Part shown: positions 56,395 to 64,000 of the stretch, piece after piece
Layout of the letters: each line of letters starts with the position of its first letter
How positions within the stretch are numbered: the stretch's first letter is position 1
NCBI RefSeq assembly: GCF_009914755.1
Contig: NC_060939.1
Origin: the human T2T-CHM13v2.0 reference genome, Homo sapiens
DNA: 64,000 bases
Direction: 5' to 3' (one strand)
The notes under the pieces: model-generated
The model's database searches: none
What the model was told of the DNA's origin: nothing
Seen by the model: only the letters and a program-made list of their open reading frames with translations
Made by a program: the position numbers and the translations under genes

Positions 56395-57519
56395 AGAAAT
56401 AATGTAATTCCTGAGAACATAGCAATGAGTGAGTGAAATAAAGTCCCAGCTTCCACGGGGCTTACATCCTAGTGAGGAGAGACAAACAACAAGTGAGGGA
56501 TTATAAAAGGAATAAAAAATAAGACAGGATAAGGGGATATAGTCTAATTGGGGAGTGATTTTAATCAGCGTAGTCAGGAAAGGCTATATGTGATGAAGAC
56601 ATTTCCATAGAAACATGAATACAGTGAGAAAGTGAACTTTGTAGTTTTCTTTTAAATCATTGTAGATGCATTCCTGTCAGCCTTGGAGAAGTATGAAATG
56701 AAAGAGGGATCTCCTAGTTGACTGATGTGGTCATTTCTAGAAAAGAGACACCCTGGGACTATAGACCCAAACTGCAAACTGAACGGACTCACTGAACTCC
56801 GTTAATATGACTGCTCTATCTAGGGGCCAATGGCTCAGTGCTGGGACCTGGACTGGGCTGAAGAGGAGATACACAAACAACTCTGGACAGGTGGAAGGAA
56901 CCTGCTTCTTTGGTTCTCAAAGGAAAATAAAACCCTCATTTTGTAGGAGAGGCTGCTGCTGAAGTTGCTGGAGAATATCAACTGCTGAAAGACATCCAAA
57001 GTAGATTTTAAATGTTCTTTGGGACAGAGTTACAAGAGCTTTCTATGAACATACTTTGGGTGGAGTGATCAGGCATGTCAGTTTGCCTCAGCCTGATCTG
57101 TAATAAGAATAAAAAAGACTTTGATGGTTGTATTGCAGGTATTTATAGATTTTTAAAAATGTTTCTTCTTGTTGCTGGTGAAGTATGCTGTAAAGGGAGC
57201 CCCATTAAACAGAGTCAGTGCTTCAGCTGGTGTAGAAGCCTGTTGCATATTAAATGTTTTATAGCTGAACTTTATTACACTCAAACTTCACAGAGACATT
57301 TATGAACCTTATTGCATTCTGATGTGAAATGAGCCCAGAAAGGTATTTCTGACTTTATGGGAATGGAACTTTTCATTGTATGGAACATTCAAAAAGCTGC
57401 TGAATGCCAGAGTTCAAAGTGATTTTGCAAATGTCAATTCCTTTAATAATCTTTGAGACCTTAAGAAATTGCTGATGACTTCTACGTCTTGCATCTAACT
57501 TCTTTTTCTTTTGCTTCAG

Positions 57520-57594
57520 TTGTGGAAAACATGTACAGTTGCCTCAGTAAAAGGAATGTGTGGAGTTTGTGGTTTATGCTGTATTCATGCCATG
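57520..57594 (+). other. Candidate exon (75 nt)
   Basis: Branch ctaac, ttctttttcttttgcttcAG acceptor, donor ATG|gtaaga. Confidence 0.45.
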
Positions 57595-58359
57595 GTAAGA
57601 AGAGAGACCCTGTTTATTGCTAGAGGAGACATATAAGGAAAATAAAAGGGGGAAATATCATTTAATAGATAAACAGCCATGCCCAACTTGACATTTTTCT
57701 AACCCCTTCAAGGACACACATTCCTGAAGGTCTGTGAGTCAGTACTTAGAATACATTTGGAAGATTAACCATTAACTTGCCTTAGGGAATTTTCTGCTAT
57801 GCTGACCCATGGAAACTTAGGCCTTTCCAATTCTCATTCATTCATAATTAATTTATTCCACACTTACTGAATTCTTTGTATCAGACACTGTTCTAGGTTC
57901 AGATGATAATCAGAGGAAAGCCACAATTCTCAAAGAGTTCATGGTCCAGTCCTGATGATTAAGCAAAGAAACAGGCAAAACAGTTTTCTGATTACAGATG
58001 AGAAAGATCCAACTTAGTCACAGTGTGGGAGTTGGGAGAATTCAGGCAGAACATCAGGAAATTCTGGGAGGAAGCAGCCCCTGAATTGGGTCTTCAGGGA
58101 TGAGTAAGAGTTAGGCAGAAGACGTTAACATTGTTACATGTGCACAGTGCCAAGATAGGCAGTGGGAAAGATATATACACATTCTGAGATCAGGGAGGAG
58201 CATGCTTATTAAATAATCATTTAGAAAAAGTGGGACTCAAAATGAGGACCTGCTTCCCATTGGGATCAGTTCTGTAAAGCTCAGGTCTTAAGTATATAAT
58301 AATCCCATTATCTCACTCTGTTTATTTCTATTGTAATAGTCTTAATACTTGCCTTGTAC

Positions 58360-58500
58360 CAATGGTTTATACATTGTTTTCATGTGTATTAAACTATTTA
58401 ATCTTCATAACAACCTGGTGAGATTGGTATTATAATTACTTTATAGATGAAGACATGAATCAAAGAGACATCAAGTGACTGTCCAAGGTCACATAGCCTA
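58360..58500 (-). mobile_element. MIR
   Basis: atttaatcttcataacaacctggtgag...tatagatgaaga...aagtgactgtccaaggtcacatagc. Confidence 0.65.
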
Positions 58501-61500
58501 AATGTAGCTTTATTGAGCTTCTAAATAGTTATTGATTGACTTGATATATATTCATTCAACACTGTAAGTATGTATCTGTGTATTTACTCAATGCACATTT
58601 ATGGGGCACATACTGTATGCCAGGCAGGCACTGTTCTAGATTCTGGAGATACCACAGTGAACAAAGATAATTTCAGATTATGATCAATGCTGTAAAAATA
58701 GACACAGTCTTAGCGTGACTGGAGGCAGGAATCACATTTTAGATAATTGCTTTTATTTTCTTGGCTCTCCAATGTTTATCTAGGGTTTCTTTCTGGGTTT
58801 TTATCTAATGTATGGTATTCAGTGGAAATCTGCCAAGTGCTCCCATGAGTAAATCACCATCTGAGATTCTTCTGCTATTTTCATCAATGTATAAGAAACA
58901 ATAAGAGCTCCCTTTTATTGAGAGACCTGCATGTGCCAGCCTCTTCGATGGATATTTTTTTATTAGTCTCATTTATGGGGTGCTGGTAGAGTCTATCAAA
59001 GCCCCAGGATTGTTTCTCAGCTGATCTTTTATTACTTGCAGGGTGCATTAATCACCTTCTTCCTCCCAGAGGCAGGGGACAAATCCCAGGATAACTCTCT
59101 GTTCCAGCTTCTTAGATGTCCTGCTAATAGCCATCCCTGCTGACAGCAACCAGCAAAGGCGGCTGCCCTACAAAAACATCCTTTCAAAGTATTTTTCTCT
59201 AGAGCTTTTTTTTTTTCCCCCCAAACCTTAAATGTTGGCGAGAATGCCTCACTATTTATTATTAAAAACATGTCTGGGGATGATGATAGTGTGTTCGTAT
59301 GTTCAACAACCAAAGCTAACCACAAGTAGGTAGTCATACAGGATACTCTCCAAGCATGTCATAAGGCCTCACTGATCCCAAAATATTATCAGCACCATCA
59401 GCCTGCAATCACACTGCCTTCCTCTCTGCCATGACTGATTCTTTAATATTAGAGTAAAAGTCCAAAGACAGAGCTTTGGACAGGGCCCTAGAGGAGTATG
59501 ATGGCCCCAAGAGGGAAGGAGGCCTCCCTGCTCCATCACAGCAATCTGGACGTCTTCATCAGTTAGTGGATTATTACTTGGAAATCTAAAAGAACTGGGC
59601 TTAGATGGATTAAAGATGGGCAAATAAACCATTCCAGGATGGATTCAACAGTTGCAGTCCTGGAGGAGGTGCCAGTGTAACAGCACTGGGCCAGGAGGGG
59701 AACCTGAGTGGTAACAATTCCCTCCTGCTCATCCTCTTTGTTCCTTTTTATGTAGGGTTAGCCTTTGAGACTCCGACAGCATCATGGCTTTGAAGAACAT
59801 GACACTGCCCCCTGCACATAGAGCCTCTTCCATTTACTCCCTCTTGGGCTTTGGGCAAGCCACTTAAGCTTTTTGAGCCTGTTTCTCCATCTTTAAAATG
59901 GAATTAAAATATTTACTTTTTATTTGAGATTGAAAGCCTCTCAATCTTTTTTGAGACTGAAATAATAGATGATGTCTTAGCCTCTTTAAAGAGATGTGTG
60001 TAAGTCTGCTTCACCACAGGCAATTGCTGCACGGAAGCTCAGCAATGTGTGGTATTATGGAAATGTTTCAGAAGCAATCCTTCTGGTTCTCAAGGATTCA
60101 CAAATAAGACTCAACAGAGTACCTCTGCTTTGTTTGCAACAACAGCCTGACTTGAAGTGATCCACTGACTTGAAGTATTTATACTTCTCCAAACAAGGGA
60201 TGTGATTTGGTTTTTGCCTATTTGATATGAAACATGCTGGTATGCCAGCATTTGAGCCAGTTTTGAGTTGGGGGCCTTTCTAATACATTTATAGCATATA
60301 TAGGCCTAGATAGGATTACTTTGGTTTATGCCATGATTCCTGTTTCAATCAGCAATAGCAGGAATTATTCCACCCAAAGTCTAAGTTTGAGCCACTTTTT
60401 CTTGGGACTGTTACCATGATAGGTATTGAGAGGCTAAAAGATGTGTTAGTGGATACAGTAGGGGCATCATAGAGCATAGCTACATATATATGTAGACAAG
60501 CTCTACAAAACTGAAGCTTAATTAATGGCCTAAAGACTAAACTGTGGGGTATTAAGGAATATCAGCCACTCTAGAGCAATGTGGTAGGCAGCCAGAATCT
60601 CAAAAGGCCCCAGTGTGGCCACATCAGTTCGGGATACTCACATATGCCTAGAGAAGAGAGCACTGCTTTGAAGCATCCAGTCACAGTTCCATGCGGACAA
60701 CACCATGGGCAAGGTCTTTTTGACTCTGAAGGATCGTTGTCATTTATATACAATGCATGCATATGATTACACATACTAATGAGAAGAGAGGGACAGCAGC
60801 TGAGTGTCCCAAGTGTTTATCATGGTTAAATTGTTTATTTGATGTCACTTAAAATAACTGGCTTCTAGACATAAATAGCTCGGATGAAGATATAAGACCT
60901 GATAGCTGTTTTGGCTCTTTCCCCAAGTGATAAAGTTCATAGTGAAATGGCTCCAGTTGACTTTTTAGAGAAATACATAGCTGCATTTGTGAAAAACAGG
61001 AAGTTAACTGCAGAGCCTCTCAATTTATTTCTCTTACATCTTTAGAAAAAAGAACCTCACAAGTTGTAAAACTGTGGGAAAAAAATATCCTTTTTTGAGT
61101 GATGTGGGATGGGATAAGATCTGGATCCTATGTCCCAGTAGTAAGGAAGCCAAGTTTTAGGACAACTTTAATTTTGTTGTGAGTGTTGTGTTTGGGTTCT
61201 TTTTCTCATGGCTATGGCTGTGTCTTTTGAAGAGAAAACCCATGAGGACTGGCCAGTGATCCAAAGAATCACATGTGTTGCCAGCTTCTTTTGTAGCAGC
61301 CTCCCAGCCTTTGCTATTTTCCAAGTGGCTAATCCCACTGATTTTAATGACATCTCCCTTCCCCCAAATCAGTTTAACTTGAAAGAGCTCTTCAATAATG
61401 CTTGACAAATCAGAGATTTGGTGAAAAATCTGCGATTGTCAGAAATTGACTTTATCATGGAAAATTCTTATTGACAGTCTTCTGGGGGTACATGATCCAA

Positions 61501-61808
61501 GAGGCAGTGCAGTTTTCTATCACCTCTGATATGAAGCAGCAAGAAGAGATTTGCTATTTCTGGCTCCTAGGTTCCTAAGCTATTCCAAGGATTTTCTGCT
61601 TATCCTTCTCTTGAAATGATATGAATACTGTCCTTGGCTCATGAATCCATCCCATTGCTATGTGGTACAGCTTTCTTGGTGACTTAGAAAAATAAGTCAT
61701 AAGAACACTTCTAGAATAAATCATCTCGGTTTTGTCTTTCACTGAAGACAGTCAACACTGGTCTATTCTAACAGGCTAGTAGTATGGTGGTAAAAAAAAC
61801 TTGGTACC

Positions 61809-62154
61809 TGTATTAGTCCATTCTCATGCTGCTATGAAGAAATACCTGAGGCTGGGTAATTTATAAAGAAAAGAGGTGTAATTGACTCAGTTCTGCATGG
61901 CTGGGGAGGCCTCAGGAAACTTAAAATCATGGCAGAAGGCACCTCTTTGCGGCGCAGCAGGAGAGAGAATGAGTGCCAAGAGAATGAAGACCCTTATAAA
62001 ACCATCAGATCTTGTGAGAACTCACTGTCTCCAGAACATCATGGGGGAAACTGGCCCTAGGATTCAATTATCTCCACATGGTCCCACCCTTGACATGTGG
62101 GGATTATTACAATTCAAGGTGAGATTTGGGTGGGGACACACAGCCAAACTGTCA
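61809..62154 (-). mobile_element. THE1C (MaLR) solo LTR inserted in a MIR
   Basis: TGTATTAGTCC...GAAGGCACCTCTT...GAGATTTGGGTGGGGACACA...CA; 5-bp TSD gta(c/t)c. Confidence 0.88.
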
Positions 62155-63172
62155 GTATCTGAAATTAGATAGCCTTGCATTTGAATTCAAGATCCCCAAA
62201 TATTAACTTTGTGAATGTGGGCAAGTTTCTTCAACATCCTAAGCCTCATTTTTTGACATTTGAAAAATAGTACCTCCTTCATAGGGTTGTTGTAGCATTT
62301 ACAAGCATTTAATTAATGGGAATTAATTATCACATAAGAATATATTTAAAAGAGAGCACTCCAAGCAATCATGCTTTGAAAATTAAGAAGATGAGTTATT
62401 ATATTTAAGGTGTAATCCTGGGTCTTCTGAATCAAAAGATTGAAACATGATCTTGGATTGGGAGTAAAAATAAGTGATTGAATTTTTTTCTTTTGGACAA
62501 AAATGAATATTTTGCAGTTGAAAAAATATTTCATTAACTAGATTGAAACTTCTCACAGTCAATGTGAGCCAGCTCAGCTGAATATCTGTTATTTGGGGCT
62601 GGACAGTGAGGGATGCCATACAAAGCTCTTCTGTGTCCAGGCTGAGTAACAGCCATATGATACTCCCAGACATACCTTTTCAAGCCACGTGACACATTGC
62701 CATGCCAAGCACAGAGAGTCTGTATATTTCTCTTTCCTGTTATTACACATTCCATGCTGATTTCAATGTAGAATGAGCATTTGAATAGCCTGTGTGTTGA
62801 AAATTGAACCCAGTGAGACAAACTCTTAAGGACTCGCTTTTAATAACAGAATGAGATGAGAGAGAAGGCAGGCCTATGCATTTCCCTTTGCTCTAACTAG
62901 CAGTCCCAGAAACAAATAATGAGTGCCCATTGTCAATGACAATGTGCCTTGCAAAGAAGGCACAGCTATCCCAAGAACAAGTAACTGTGTCTATAGGTAA
63001 TAAGCAAATGGACTCTTGAATATATATTCGGAGTACAAATTTGGAACACACATGAAGAGCTAGCGAAGACAATTTGGTTGTGTTGAGGTTAGTAGTGTGA
63101 AAGAATCTACTGCTTTACAGCTTTTGATTCTGTAATGCAGGCTTTGCAAGTGAAGTAGAATGTTATTTGGAC

Positions 63173-63483
63173 TTTTTTTTTTTTTTTTTAGATGGAGTCT
63201 TGCCCTGTTGCCTAGGCTGGAGTGCAGTGGAGCAATCTTGGCTCACTGCAACCTCCACCTCCCCTCCCAGGTTCAAACGATTCTCCTGCCTCAGCCTCCC
63301 AAGTAGCTGGGATTACAGGTGCCTGCCAGCAAGCCCAGCTAATTTTTTTTTCTTTTGTATTTTTAGTAGAGACGGGGGTTTCACCATGTTGGCCAGGCTG
63401 GTCTCGAACTCCTGACCTCATGATCTGCCCACCTCGGCCTCCCAAAGTGTTGGGATTACAGGCATGAGCCACTGCACCTGGCC
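63173..63483 (-). mobile_element. AluS (Sg-like)
   Basis: Full dimer; TSD TATTTGGAC. Confidence 0.93.
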
Positions 63484-63864
63484 TATTTGGACCTTTAAGA
63501 GTGGGATCATCATGATTTGGTGGTGCAGCAAGGAGACAAATTATATCCTTTGGAGGTGCTGGCAGAATAAAATACCTTACAAGGCAGCACCTTGAAGCTG
63601 GCAGAGAAGTGAAAAGAATCCATGCAGGTGATGACACAGGCAGTCCTGGGAGTGAAAGGTGGAGGTGGCATGGAGGGGTAGAAGCGGGTGGAGGATGGAG
63701 AGGCAGGGCTTCATCATATGAATAAAGAGCCACAGAGGTGACAGCGGGAAATAACGATGTGCATATGAAGTGTGCAGCATGTGGAATCTGAGGGAGAAAG
63801 GACAGAGCATGAAGGGGGTTTCAATGAAGGTGAGGAAGGATCTCTACAGTACTTCCCTGGTATC

Positions 63865-64000
63865 AAATTTCTTATTTCATTGTATATATTGAAGGTGTCC
63901 AACATCATGTTGTGATATACACAGTGAAATGTTTACTACAGTCAAGCAAATTATCCTATCCATCATCTTCCATTGTTACTTTTTGAGGTGGGATCACCTA
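63865..64000 (-). mobile_element. L1MA 3' end (continues past the window)
   Basis: attgtatatattgaaggtgt...acagtgaaatg...cagtcaagcaaatta. Confidence 0.65.

Overview
Repeat-dense primate (human-like) genomic DNA, intronic or intergenic in character. I recognise no host protein-coding gene, and most ORFs in the track are L1/Alu-derived or chance. The window opens with the 5' 4.3 kb of a minus-strand L1PA: intact ORF1, broken ORF2, intact YY1 site, ORF0 retained, and an antisense promoter pointing into the window. It also holds a twin-primed (5'-inverted) L1, further truncated L1s, about 12 Alus, solo LTRs (MLT1, MLT2, MER57, LTR41-like, THE1C), DNA transposons (MER45, MER44A, MADE1, MER103C-like) and L2/MIR relics, several of them nested. 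Less obvious items read directly from the sequence are a tailless tRNA-Cys retropseudogene with an 18-bp TSD, an orphan TSD-flanked retrocopy of a 3'UTR-like sequence, a 30-bp micro-inversion inside an L1 and a perfect 19-bp-stem palindrome. Three + strand exon candidates with good splice signals also join in one open frame (about 90 aa) and are in phase with the L1 ORF0 splice donor; this is a hypothesis only. Repeat subfamily names come from recalled consensus features and need RepeatMasker/Dfam confirmation.
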